Below are positions 1-11,787 of a stretch of 64,000 nt of DNA, piece after piece. Under the pieces are notes generated by a model, which saw only the letters and a program-made list of their open reading frames with translations, was not told where the DNA came from and made no database searches. Positions within the stretch are counted from its first letter, which is position 1; every line of letters starts with the position of its first letter. Origin of the DNA: Heterodontus francisci (taxonomy: Eukaryota); the NCBI RefSeq assembly GCF_036365525.1, contig NC_090382.1, positions 33,401,298 through 33,465,297 on the forward strand, given 5' to 3'. Position numbers and translations under genes: made by a program.

Positions 1-125
1 AGGTGGCAAGGAGACGAGAGTTCCGTGCTGCCTCTGTCAGCCAGCCATGCTCAGAGCCAACATACGGTGGAAGGGAGGGTGGGGAATGGAGGTCATTGCC
101 AGACAATGGTGGGGTTTGGGTGGTG

Positions 126-363
126 GGTGAAGATGGCAGCACTCGGGGTGGGGGACATGTGTGAAGGTGGCAGCATCAAGGGGGCGGGGAATTGTGAAGA
201 TGGCAGCAACAGGGGGGCACGCATGTGAAGGTGGCAGCACCAGTTGAGGGGGAGGGGGAGTTTGTGAAGATGACAGCCGCAGGGTGGGGGAGGGGCCATT
301 GAAGGTGGCAGCACCAACTGGATTGGGGAAGGGGGAGTGCAGGTTGTGAAGGTGGCAGCACCA
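126..363. repeat. G-rich irregular minisatellite with core TGAAG(G/A)TGGCAGCA (7 units, 30-47 bp spacing)
   Basis: Core at ~128, 162, 196, 226, 265, 300 and 347, separated by G-run spacers. Confidence 0.8.
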
Positions 364-369
364 GCAAGG

Positions 370-2482
370 TGCATGTGTACTCCAAGGGTGACAGAGGGGC
401 AATAGTCAGAGGCACTTGCTCCCAAGTGGCTGGCAAGGGAAAGGTCTTCGCCCTGGTAGACAGTCTACTGTGCATGGCTCAACTATTGCCAGATATCCGA
501 GCGGCAGTGTCAGCGCAGACTGAGGCACTCTAGGGAGGTGGTCACTGATTTTTGCGCCATGCTTTAGGACGAGCTGAGACCTGTGGGGTCTCTGAAAATC
601 AACATGGCTCCCAACCTCTACACCTCTGGCTCTTTTCAGGGATCCACTGTAGACCTTTGACTTTTGTGGGATATCACAGGCTGCGGCACATCAGTGCATC
701 AAGGAGGTGACCAATGCCATGTTCAAGAGGGCTGACGAATATGTGCAGTGCCGGACCAATGGAGACAGTCAGGCGGAGAGGTCCATTGGTTTTGGAGCCA
801 TCGCTGGATTCCCCCAAGGGTGGGATCAACTGCATGCACGTGACCATCAATGCACCGAGGACCAGCCAGTGGCCTTCATCAACAGGAAGGGCTTTCGTTT
901 CATCAATGGTGTTATGAAAGTGCTTCCATTTTTTGTTAAATTTTTTTTTGAGGACACACATTTAAATTGTGGAAATGGATTTTGGAAGGCTGAAGATTTC
1001 ATAGATGCTGGACTTTGTTTTGTTGTTGGAAGTTCACTGAAAGGACACGAGATGTTGTGTTTGAAAACAACCTATACTGATATCACATGCCTTAAGATAA
1101 ATAAAGAACAGAAACCTTGGTGACTTGGGGGACATGTTTGCAGAGAAGTGACATGTCAAGATTTATAAGGGTCAAGAATTGGTTTGGCTTCTGAGATATT
1201 GTTTTGGTTCAGTTGGGGTGTGGACAGGTGTGAAAAGCAATTGGTTTTGTACTTGCTGAAAAGAAACCCCCATTTCATCTGTCCTGCACCTCACTAAGAG
1301 ACCAGAGAAATCCAGTGTGTCAGCTTCTCTTTCTCTACCTCTTTGGAAAAACCCTGCAAATCCAGAGTATGATAACTGAAACCCCTGATGCCACATTTCT
1401 CCTGGAAAGTCTACCAGACTATTTCTCAACATCTCCAGAATGAACTGCTTCTGAAAAGATACCAGAGACCTGTCTCCGCAAACCCGGACACCAGACCAAA
1501 AGGAACAACTGACATCCTTCCATACCTTCTCTTTTTTTCTTCAAGAATTAGCAAGTATTTGGCCAAAGTATTCCTATTTTTGTCTTTTTTTTGTAAAAGA
1601 GCTCCGCAGAGAGTATTTTTTTCCAGTGTGTCTGTGTTTGTGTGTGGAGTATTTAAAAAGGGAACTTTCATATTTCAATCTGTGCGTTTATGCTTTGTGT
1701 CATTACTGGATAAGTCTTGTTTTATAATAAACTGATAATTTTGTTGTTTATTAAAGAAATCTGGTTGTTGTATTTTATTCTGGGATAAAGAGTAGAGTTT
1801 ATGATTGGCCATATCGGCAACTGGGTAAACATTTACAATATATGTTGTGACCTGTGGACAACTGGAACTGGAAATGCCAGTGTGCTCCTTCCCCCTCGTT
1901 CATAGCACTGGTCTGTGACCATTGAATGCGAATCCTTCGGGTATGTGCACATTTCCGGGGAATCAGCCATGAAGCCTACATACTTTGGCAGTCCCAAGTG
2001 CCAGAGCTGTTCCAGTCCCCCGTGTGCCTTCAGGGATGGATTCTTGGGGACAATGGATACCCGCTGAAGACATGGCTACTCACGCCTGTGAGGAACCCTT
2101 GCATTGCAGCAGAGGAGAGGAGAGTTACAATACCTGCCACGGCTCCACCTGAGCAAGCATCGAGCAGGCCATTGGTCTCCTAAAGATGCGATTTGGGTGC
2201 CTGGAATAATCTGGTGGAGTCCTTCAGTACACCCCAGCGAGGGTTTCCTGCATCGTTGAGATCTGATGTGCTCTGCACAGCCTAGCAGCGTAGAGTGGGG
2301 AGGCCTTGAATAATGAGGACATCTTCGATTGCCACTCCTCATCCAATGAGGAGGATGTGAAGGAGGCTGCTGAGCTGGCAGTACAGGATGAGGAACCCCT
2401 TGTACCAGAGGCAAGTGGAAATAAGAGATTCATAAGGGAGGCGCGGGACAATCTCATACTAACCATTTCCTGTTGCCCTGAT
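370..2482 (+). pseudogene. Harbinger (HARBI1-like DDE) transposase pseudogene, split by a solo LTR at 910-1907
   Basis: Frameshifted or stopped motifs ISERQCQRRLRHSREVV, SGSFQ, GISQAAAHQCIKEVT, AGFP..G.INCMHV, FINRKGF, LVCDH, WILGDNGYPLKTWLLTP, IEQAIGLLKMRF, CALH; AATAAA at 2502. Confidence 0.9.
910..1907 (+). mobile_element. Solo LTR (998 bp) inserted in the Harbinger transposase
   Basis: Termini TGTTATGAA...TTCATAGCA (TG..CA with short inverted repeat); internal AATAAA near 1726; non-coding; transposase frame resumes right after it (CTG GTC TGT GAC). Confidence 0.75.
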
Positions 2483-2738
2483 GCCTTTTCACAATCAGTG
2501 CAATAAAGACTCACCTTTATGCAGACATGCTAGCACCTCCTTCATCTCGCACTCCATTGCCTAGCGCCCAGACTTACAGCATGCACTAACAAAGCTGAGT
2601 AGCTGACCAGTCACGGCCTACTCCAACACTAGCACCCACTGTGGAAGCAAGGCTGTAGAAGACATCTAACAAGGCAAAAGAATGGAAAGATAACCAACAG
2701 CAGTGCCTCTAGCATTTATTGAGTGGCATAACATAACA

Positions 2739-5700
2739 TGGCACCCCCTTCCTTCACCCCCTCCCCCACCCGCTCCCCCTTCCCAGCTCCCCCCTTGCGC
2801 CCCCCTCCCAGTTTACACCACCTTGCACCCCCTTCCCCCCACCCCCCTCACACCCCCTTCCCAGCTCCCCCCTCGCACCATCTTCCCCTTGCACCCCCTT
2901 CCCCTGCACCCCCTCCCCTAAAACCCTGCAGCCCCCGTCCCAGCTCCCCCTCGCACCCCCTCCCCCACCCCACACCCCCTTCCCCCCACCTCCTCCCACC
3001 GGCATCCACCTATCCCTGAGCAGGGGCCCTAACAATCCCACTGCCTTGTGGGCATCTCGGGAGAGGCCAAGGCTAAGGGAGTAAACACTAACAGTAAATT
3101 CGGAGCGGAACCCTAAAGGCAGTCATGTGTCACCTTTGGCATGTTTCCGGCAGTTCCTGCAGCCATACCAGTGCCAAACGTCGTGCTCTGCACTCCTTTG
3201 GACCCCACCAGGAAGGCCGAGAGGGGGGTTTTGACTCTTGGGCAACTCACAACCTCCATACATTCGCCCAGGCATGTGCCATGGAGAGGTCACTCCATAG
3301 TCACCTCACAGTGACCAAAACAACACGGAAGGCAGCAGTTACGGGTTATAAGTCCAGCTCAATTGGTGTAGAGATTGGGCACCACGGGTTGCCTTTGTCG
3401 GTGGGAGAGGTCATCGCATCTCACTGGACAGCTACCGCCCGCCTCAAACCAGGCAGCCCCCGGTCAATAAGGTTCTGTCCCGCCACAGTCCACCTGCTTC
3501 AATGAGTGTTTGGAGCTCAGGGTCATTGCCCGAAAAGTGGACTGTAACACCGCACCAAACAGCACGACAAAAAAGGAAGTAAGGTACCAGCCCTTCGTTT
3601 TGCAAGCTGGAACGTCAGAACTATGTGACCTGGCCTGTCGGATGACCTTACACAAATCACTGATTCTCGGAAGACCGCCATCATTAACAACAAGCTCAGT
3701 AAACTCAATGTGGACATTGCAGCACTTCAGGAGACACGCCTCCCTGCGAGCGGATCTCTAACAGAGCAAGACTACACCTTCTTCTGACAGGGTAGGGATC
3801 CTGAAGAACCAAGACAGCATGGAGTGGGCTTCGCCATCAGAAACTCTTTGCTCAGCATGATAGAGCCACCTTCAATTGGCTCAGAACGCATACTGTCCAT
3901 CCGACTGCTCACTGCCTCTGGTCCAGTACACCTACTCAGCATCTATGCTCCAACACTCTGCTCTTCATCTGAAGCTAAAGACCAGTTCTACGAGGAGCTC
4001 CATAATATCATTAGTAGCATCCCCAATACCAAACATCTGTTCCTGCTGGGGGACTTTAATGCCAGGGTTGGGGCCGACCATGACTCATGGCCCTCCTGCC
4101 TTGGGTGCTGTGGCATTGGAAGGATGAATGAGAATGGACAGAGACTGCTTGAATTGTGTACCTATCTTAACCTCTGCATCACCAACTCGTTCTTTCATAC
4201 TAAACCCTGTCACCAGGTTTCTTGGAGGCACCCAAGATTACGTCATTGGCACCAGTTGGACCTCATCGTCACAAGGCAAATCTCTTTAAACAGCATTCAA
4301 ATCACACGCAGCTTCCACAGTGTGGACTGTGACACCGACCACTCCCTGGTGTGCAGCAAGGTTAGACTCAAACCAAAGAAGCTGCATCACTCCAAGCAGA
4401 AGGGCTGCCCGCACATCAACACTAGCAGAATTTCTTATCAACAGCTGTTACATAAGTTTCTAAATTCACTTGAAAAAGCCCTTCAAAACATTCTTACAGG
4501 GGATGCAGAGACCAAGTGGGCCCACATCAGAGACGCCATCTATGACTCAGCAATGACCACCTATGGCAAACGTGTGAAGCAGAATGCAGACTGGTTTCAA
4601 TCTCACTTTGAAGAGCTGGAACCTGTCATAGCCGCTAAGCGCATTGCACTGCTGAACTACAAGAAAAAACCCAGCGACTTTACATCCGTAGCACTTAAAG
4701 CAGCCAGAAGCGCTGCACAAAGAACAGCCAGGCGCTGTGCAAATGACTACTGGCAACACTTATGCAGTCATATTCAGCTGGCCTCTGACACCAAAAACAT
4801 CAGAGGAATGTATGATGGCATTAAGAGAGCTTTTGGACCAACCATCAAGAGGATCGCCCCCCTCAAATCTAAATCAGGGGACACAATCACTGACCAATGC
4901 AAGCAAATGGACCGCTGGATGGAGCACTACCTAGAACTGTACTCCAGGGAAAATGTTGTCACTGAGATCGCCCTCAATGCAGCCCAGTCTCTGCCAGTCA
5001 TGGATGAGCTGGACATACAGCCAACACTGTTTGGGATCTTCTTCTCCCTGCTGCTCTCACATGCGTTCAAGTCTTCAGAGGAAGGAATTTTCGTCTACAC
5101 AAGATCAGGTGGCAGGGTGTTCAACTTTGCCCATCTAAGAGCGAAGACCAAAGTACGGAAAGTCCTCATCAGGGAACTCCTCTTTGCTGACGATGCTGCA
5201 TTAACATCTCGCACTGAAGAGTGTCTGCAGAGACTCATCGACAGGATTGCAGCTGCTTGCAACAAATTTGGCCAAGAGAGTGTGGGAAAATGGCGCACTG
5301 ACACGGAACACAAAAGTCTGAGTGTATCAAGCCTGTGTCCTCAGTACCTTGCTCTACGGCAGCGAGGCCTGGACAACGTATGTCAGCCAAGAGCGACGTC
5401 TCAATTCATTCTATCTTCGCTGCCTCCGGAGAATCCTTGGCATCAGGTGGCAGGACCGTATCTCCAACACAGAAGTCCTCGAGGCGGCCAACATCCCCAG
5501 CATATACACCCTACTGAGCCAGTGGCGCTTGAGATGGCTTGGCCATGTGAGCCGCATGGAAGGTGGCAGGATCCCCAAGGACACATTGTACAGCGAGCTC
5601 GTCGCTGGTATCAGACCCACTGGCCGTCCATATCTCCACTTTAAAGATGTCTGCAAACGCAACATGAAGTCCTGTTACATTGATCACAAGTCGTGGGAGT

Positions 5701-5987
5701 CAGTTGCCAGTGATCGCCAGAGCTGGCGGACAGCCATAAAAGCGTGGCTAAAGTGTGGCGAGTCGAAGAGACTTAGCAGTTGGCAGGAAAAAAGACAGAA
5801 GCGCAAGGCGAGAGCCAACTGCGTAACAGCTCCGACAACCAATTTTATCTGCAGCACCTGTGGAAGAGTCTGTCACTCTAGAATTGGCCTTTATAACCAC
5901 TCCAGGCACTGCTTCACAAACCACTGACCACCTCCAGGCGCTTACCCATTGTCTCTCGAGACAAGGAGGCCGAAGAAGAAGAAGAAG
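2739..5987 (+). mobile_element. RTE-clade LINE, near full length with two internal deletions (APE endonuclease + partial RT + C-terminal zinc finger)
   Basis: 11-bp TSD ATAACATAACA (2728-2738 and 5988-5998); (GAA)n tail; endonuclease motifs IYAPT, LLGDFNARVG, NENGQRLLELC, DTDHSLV; LFADD; CSTCGRVCHSRIGLYNH. Confidence 0.95.
2742..3000. repeat. C-rich low-complexity tract at the RTE 5' end (CCCCCTTCCCAGCTCCCCC-type units)
   Basis: Dense C-runs, G-quadruplex-prone on the - strand; produces spurious Pro/Gly-rich ORFs. Confidence 0.85.
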
Positions 5988-6100
5988 ATAACATAACAAA
6001 GCCTTAACATGTACAAAGTCTAAATACCTGTGAACCCCAGGTGCATCTAGGTGCTCTTCTTAACTCGCTTATATGTGCTCCCTACAGTGGAGACAGGCAG

Positions 6101-7822
6101 TTAATCAGGCTGCCGCATGGCCTGGGATGACCTTGGCAGCCGTCCTCTGGCTGTCTGATGCCTTGAGGGCCCTGAGATGCTGAGGGGATCCTGCACAGGT
6201 GCAGGTGCCACCTCTGTCATCACAGTTACTGGAGGCACTGGGGTCACTGGCAGAGGGGCTGAGCAGCTGCTGTCCACAGCAGGAGCGCCCTGAGAGAAGC
6301 CCCCAGTGCAGAAGTGAGCTGCTCCTCCTCCCTTGCAAGGCAGCTTGTACCTCCTGCTCACCTGAGAAGGATGAGCACCTGGTGGAGACTCCAGGTGTCT
6401 TATCCCCTCTCACCTTGCACTGCTGCATAGAGTTCATGTACAAGGCGATGGCACGCTGGTCTGCGCGCATCTCCAGCATCCACTGAGTGGTTTGCTGGAT
6501 CTGGCTGTCCAGAAGGCTCTCCAACCTCTCGCTGGAGGAAGCCATGCGTGCATACGCCTAAGGCATGGCAGCACCCATGGCCTGTATGGACTTCTCCATC
6601 ATTGGCGCATAGGTGCACATAGCCTCTGGCAGCTCCGCCAGATGTTCCCTTAGCTCCAGCAGGTTCAGTGTTGCCAGAGGCACTTCATCAGCCTGGGGCT
6701 CAGCATGGGCCTGGCCTCCCACAGTCCTCTGGCCGATGGTGGCCTCAGCTGTCACAGCCTCCATCAGCTGTTTGGGCGTGGCTGTGATGTGCTCACCGGG
6801 TTGTGACCCTGAATCTAATCACAAACGCATACCAACTGATATGAGAGTATCTGCGCTGGTGGAGGATGTGGGGCAATGATGTGATGGTGCACCCTCTGAA
6901 GATCCCTCCTCCTCCTCAGAGGTGGACAGATGGTCCGCACTCTCTCCAGCTGTGTGTCCTTCGGGATTTCCGAAACCTGCCAGAGAGAACAGGTTAAGGG
7001 TTAAGGGCTTCACACCTCCTCATCCCAACCATACTTGATATGGAGCTCTATGTGTCCAGTGGTGGAGACGTGAGCACTGTGCCTCATGTAGGGGTCAGAA
7101 GAATCCTTCTGCCCCTGCACTCATTCACTCACTCTCCTCTATTGGCACTCCTGTTTCGCCATCAGCAATCGCTCGGCCACCCTGAGACCCAGCCAGTTCC
7201 AGGGCCTCCTCCTCTGCCAGGGTCAGGATACACAGGTCTGGGAGGCCTCACCAGGCTTGACCATCTCTTTATTGTTGTGTGTTCTTTTCTCCTACAAACA
7301 GAAGGAGGAGTTTCCCCATGAAGACTCACACAACACTTCTGCTGGTGGCAGCCCTTTGGTCCCTGGTGGGGGTTCATGAGTGCCTGCTCCTCGTGTCTGC
7401 TCTGGAGAGACCTTGTGGGGGTCAGCAGAGACAGACAGCTGCCTCGCGCCAAGATGCAACCATACATCTGACTGGATCCGCTACTGTCTGACCTCCTTGC
7501 CACCGGCTGGGTGGTCACTCTCTCCCCACCTAGCGCACACTCTTGTATTGCCACATGTAAGCCCCAAACAGGAAATCAATATTGAGAACTCACCTTGGTG
7601 GAGCAAAGGAGGTCATTGACCCATTTGCAGCACTGCACCCACATTCGGGGCAGGGGGTGTGACCCCAGAGCTGTTGTTCTCCTCTGCAATCTCTGTCCGG
7701 GCTTGCTTGGTCACACGAGCCAGTCTCTTCTTCACGTCCCTTGAGAGGAGGACCTCCTGCCTTGCCCCTGCAGCCTGGAGGAGAACCTGCAGGGAGGCAT
7801 TGCTAAACCATGGGGCCACCAT
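6101..7822 (-). pseudogene. Harbinger accessory Myb/SANT-like (trihelix) DNA-binding protein pseudogene, multi-exon
   Basis: MVAPWFSNASLQVLLQAAGARQEVL...KKR...TKQARTEIAEE resembles Harbinger Myb/SANT N-termini. Donor gtgagt at ~7593, coiled-coil-like downstream exon (ORFs 6105-6764), and a minus-strand AATAAA at 2715-2720 beyond the RTE insertion. Confidence 0.7.
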
Positions 7823-7859
7823 GGTTGCAGTAGGCTCCCTGTCAGCTCTTTCTTTCTTA

Positions 7860-8142
7860 TTCGTTCCTGGAATGTGGGCATCACTGTCTAGGCCAACCTT
7901 TACTGCCCATCCCTAATTGCCCAAACTGAGTGGCTTGCTAGGCCATTTCACAGGGCATGTAAGAGTCAACCGCATTGCTGTGTGTTTGGAGTCACGTGTA
8001 GGCCAGACCAGGTAAGGATGGCAGATTTCCTTCCCCAAAGGATATTAGTGAACCAGATGGGTTTTTACAACAATTGATAATGGTTTCATGGCCATCATTA
8101 GACTATCTTTTTAATTCCAGATTTTTAAAAATTTATTGAATT
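7860..8142 (-). mobile_element. 5'-truncated tRNA-derived SINE sharing its 3' tail with the L2/CR1-like LINE
   Basis: Reverse complement of the GGGCAATTAGGGATGGGCA...CCACATTCC tail and CTTACCTGGTCTGGCCTAC body; same family at 15310, 26580 and 32990. Confidence 0.75.
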
Positions 8143-8429
8143 GGCTTCTTTGAGGTCTTCTGCACTGCTGGTCAGGCAAACACTTCAAAAAAGGCAGCAG
8201 TGCATGCAGATCTCATAGCCCTTTAAATATGGCACCAGCACCTGCCTTTGAATCAGCTGACGCCGCCATTGGTGCCTTGTTGCCTGCCTCCGCACCTCCC
8301 CTCAGTTAATTGGCCAGCCGCTGCGTGATTGTGGTTGGCCGGCCACATGGCACTCGTGTGTAAGCAGCACCCGCTTCTGGTGCCACTGCTGGTGCCTGCA
8401 TCCTCCAAACAAAATTCAGGCCTATATTT

Positions 8430-10489
8430 CCCTCCTGTCTGGAAAAATAACCATTCACTACTTCACTCTGCTTTCTGCCTCAAAGCCAATTTCATACCCA
8501 TGCTGCCACTGCCCTTTTAGTTCATGGGCTTCAGTTTTGCTAACAAGTCTACTTTGTGACATTGTATCACATGCTGTTTGAAACACACATCATCAACTGC
8601 ACTATCTTCATCAACCTATTTCATCAAAGAACTCAATCAGATTAGTCTAACATGATTTGCCTTTAATATATCCATGTTAGTTGTCATTTATAAACCCATG
8701 TTATTCCAACTGACAATTATTGTCTCAGATTATGGTCCCTAAAAGTTTCCCCACCACTGATGTTAGGCAGACAGGCTAGTAGTTACCTGATTTCTCTTTC
8801 TCCTCTTTTTGAACAGAGGTATAACATTAGAAGATTGTGACCAGAGCCTCTGCAATTTCCATCCTTACTTTCCTCAGTAAACTTGCATGCAGTCCATCTG
8901 AACTATGGTCCTTTCTACTTTGAGCACTGTCAACCATTTTAGTACCTTCTCTTTATCTGTTTTATCCTATCCAATGTCTCTACCCCCTCCTCCTTTATTG
9001 TAATGACTTCGTTAGTAACCATTGTTGCAAAATACTCATTCAGTATCTCAGCCATGTCCTTGGCCTCCCCAAGATTTCATTTTTGGTCCTTAACTGGCAC
9101 CACCTTTCCTTTGACTATCCCTTTACTCCCCTTTAAGTCTTTATATGTTTATAAAAGACTTCAGTGTTCCCTTTTATGTTCGCTGCTAATCTTTTTTCAT
9201 TAATTCGTTCTTTGCCCCATTTATTTTTCCAGATTTTCTCTGCATTCCCTTTATTCATCTAGGTTCTCCACTGTATTTTGAATCTGACATTTATCCAGGA
9301 GTTCTAACTTTGGATGACTTTCCTTACCCCCTCATAGTAATGGATCTAGTTTGTTGCTGAACTCTCTCCTCTTTGAAGGCCTCCCATTTATTATTTTCCC
9401 TGCCAATCTCTGATTCTAATCCACCTCGGCCAGATTCCTTTCCAACTCACTAAAATGAGTCCTCTTCCCGTCGAGCAGCCTCATCTTTGATTATTCCTTG
9501 TCCTTTTCCATAACTATTCTAAACATATTGTGATCACTGTTTCCCACATGCTCTCCCACTGAAACATGCTCCACTTGCCCTACTTCATTCCCCAGAACTA
9601 GATCCAGCACTGCTTCCTTCCTTGTTGAGCTGGAAGCACACAAGAAAGTTCTCTTGTATACATTTCAGGAATCCCTCTCCCGCTTTGTCCTTTCCATTGT
9701 TTATTTCTCAGTCGAGAATGGGATAATTGAAGTCCCTCATTACCACTACTCTATTGTTTTTACATGTTTCTGCAATCTGCCATTCTATCTCTTCCCCATT
9801 ACTTGATGACCTATACACCCGGCAACCTAACAGCTCATCTTCTGCTCCTTAATTCTAACTAAATTGATTCTGACTTTGATCCTGCAAACACATCATCTCT
9901 TTTCAGTGTTGTAACAAAATGTTTGATTAATACGGTCACACCCTCTATTTTTTTCCTTTCTCATAGAAACATAGAAAATTTACCGCACAGGAGGTGGCGA
10001 TTAGGCCCATTGTTTATGTGGCCAGCCGACAAAGGTCTAGCAGTTTAATCCCACTTCCCAGCTCTTGGTCTGTAGCCCTGTAGGTTACAGCACTCCAAGT
10101 GCGTAGCCAAGTAATTTTTAAATGTGATGAGCTTTTCTGCTTCTACCACCCTTTCAGGCAATGAGCTCTATTGCCACTGCTGGATGAAAAAAAATTCCCC
10201 TCAACTCCCCTCTAATCCTTCTGCCAGTTACTTTAAATCTATACCCCTGGTTATTGGCCCTTTGCTAAGGGAAACAGGTCCTTTCTATCCACTCTATCTA
10301 GGTTCTTCATCATTTTATACACCTCAGTTAAATCTCCCCTCAACCACCTCTGTTCCAACCTTTCCTCATAAATAAACTACACAATTCCTGGCAACATCCT
10401 CATACATCTCCTCTGTACCCACTCTAGTGTAACCACATCCTTCCGGTAATGCGATGAACAGAACTGTACGCAGTACTCTAGCTGTGGCC
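8430..10489 (-). mobile_element. Degraded CR1 LINE fragments
   Basis: Reverse-strand RT/endonuclease remnants and a CR1 3' tail (catagaaacatagaaa at ~9962). Confidence 0.75.
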
Positions 10490-11490
10490 AAGTGGTAATG
10501 TCACTAGACTAGTAACCCAGAGCCCCAGGCTAATGCTCTGGGGACAGGGGTTTGAATCCCACCAAGGCATCATAAGGTCAGAAGTGGGGATGTTCGCTGA
10601 TGATTGTACAATGTTCAGTACCATTCACATCTCCTCAGATAATGAAGCAGCCCCTGTCCATATGCAGCAAGACCTGGACAACGTCCAGGCTTGGGCTGAT
10701 AAGTGGCAAGTAACATTCGTGCCACACAAGTGCCAGGCAATGACCATCTCAAACAAGAGAGAATCTAACCATTTCCCCTTGACGTTCAATGGCATTACCA
10801 TCGCTGAATTCCTCACTATCAACATCCTGGGGGGTCACAATTGACCAGAAGCTGAACTGGAACAGCCATATAAATGCTGTGGTGACAAAAGCAGGTCAGA
10901 GGCTGGGAATTCTGTGGCGAGTAACTCACCTCCTGTCTCCCCAGTGCCTGTCCACCATCTACAAGGCACAAGTCAGGAGTGTGATGGAATACTCTCCACT
11001 TGCCTGGATGGGTGCAGCTCCAACAATACTCAAGAAGCTCGACACCATCCAGGACAAAGCAGCCCGCTTGATTGGCACCCATCCACCACCTTCAACATCC
11101 ATTCCCACCACCGATGCACAGTGGCAGCAGTGAGTACCATCTACAAGATGCACTGCAGCAACTCACCAAGGCTCCTTCGATGGCACCTTCCAAACCCGCG
11201 ACTTCTATCACCTAGAAGGACAAGGGCAGCAGATGCAAGGGAACACCACCAAGTTCCCCTCCAAGCCACACAAAACATCGTGACTTGGAACTATATCGCC
11301 ATTCCTTCACTGTTGATGGGTCAAAATCCTGGAACTCCCTTCAGACCAGCATTTGGGTGTATCTAAACCCTAAGGACTGTAGTGGTTTAAGAAGGCAGCT
11401 CACCACCACCTTCTCAAGGGCAATTAGGGATGGGCAAAAAATACTGGCCTGGCCAGCGTCGCCCACATCCCATGAATGAATAAAAAAAAT
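10490..11490 (+). mobile_element. Chimeric retroposon: tRNA-like SINE head (10490-10566) fused to the 3' ~920 bp of an L2/CR1-like LINE
   Basis: GTGGTAATGTCACTAGACTAGTAA...TTTGAATCCCACCA joined to RT coding sequence (MFADDCTMFS...QQDLDNVQAWADKWQVTF) with an A-rich tail. Confidence 0.75.
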
Positions 11491-11787
11491 TACAGTTCTA
11501 GCATAACCTCCCTGCTCTTATATTCTGTGCCTCAGCTAATAAAGGAAAGTATCCTATATGCTTTTTAACCACCTGATCTACCTGTCCTGCTACCTTCAGA
11601 GATCTGTGGACATGCACCCCAAGATCCGTCTGTCCCTGTACACTCCTCAGTATCCTACCATTTATTGTGTATTCGCTTGCTTTGTTTGTCCTCCCCAAAT
11701 GCATTACCTCACACTTCTTTGGATTGAATTCCTTTTGCCATTTTTCTGCCCATCTGACCAGTCCATTGCTATCTTCGTGCAGTCTAT

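Larger units (their letters stand above)
1..8422. mobile_element. Decayed PIF/Harbinger DNA transposon (transposase on +, Myb/SANT gene on -, convergent) with nested insertions; left end lies outside the window
   Basis: Two convergent genes typical of Harbinger elements. Right terminus AAAATTCAGGCC (8411-8422) followed by TAT resembles the TIRs of MITEs elsewhere in the window. Confidence 0.8.

Noticed and set aside
370-2482. Domesticated HARBI1 gene
   Set aside because: It has multiple stops and frameshifts plus an LTR insertion, and it is paired with a Myb gene and TIR. It is a transposon fossil.
2703-3041. Pro- or Gly-rich ORFs (also 11667-12638 and 20498-20920)
   Set aside because: Artefacts of C/G-rich low complexity, a GC-rich MITE and the promoter repeat; no splice or homology support.
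3001-3082. HDV-like ribozyme in the RTE 5' UTR (GGCTAAGGGAG resembles the HDV antigenomic 3' end)
   Set aside because: I could only build a simple hairpin (TCCC..CCTTG / CAAGG..GGGA). P1, P3 and P1.1 of the nested pseudoknot could not be mapped by eye. An RNArobo or Infernal search would settle it.
3824-5644. 606-aa ORF as a novel host gene
   Set aside because: It is an internally deleted RTE ORF with an out-of-frame tail, bounded by a TSD and a GAA tail.
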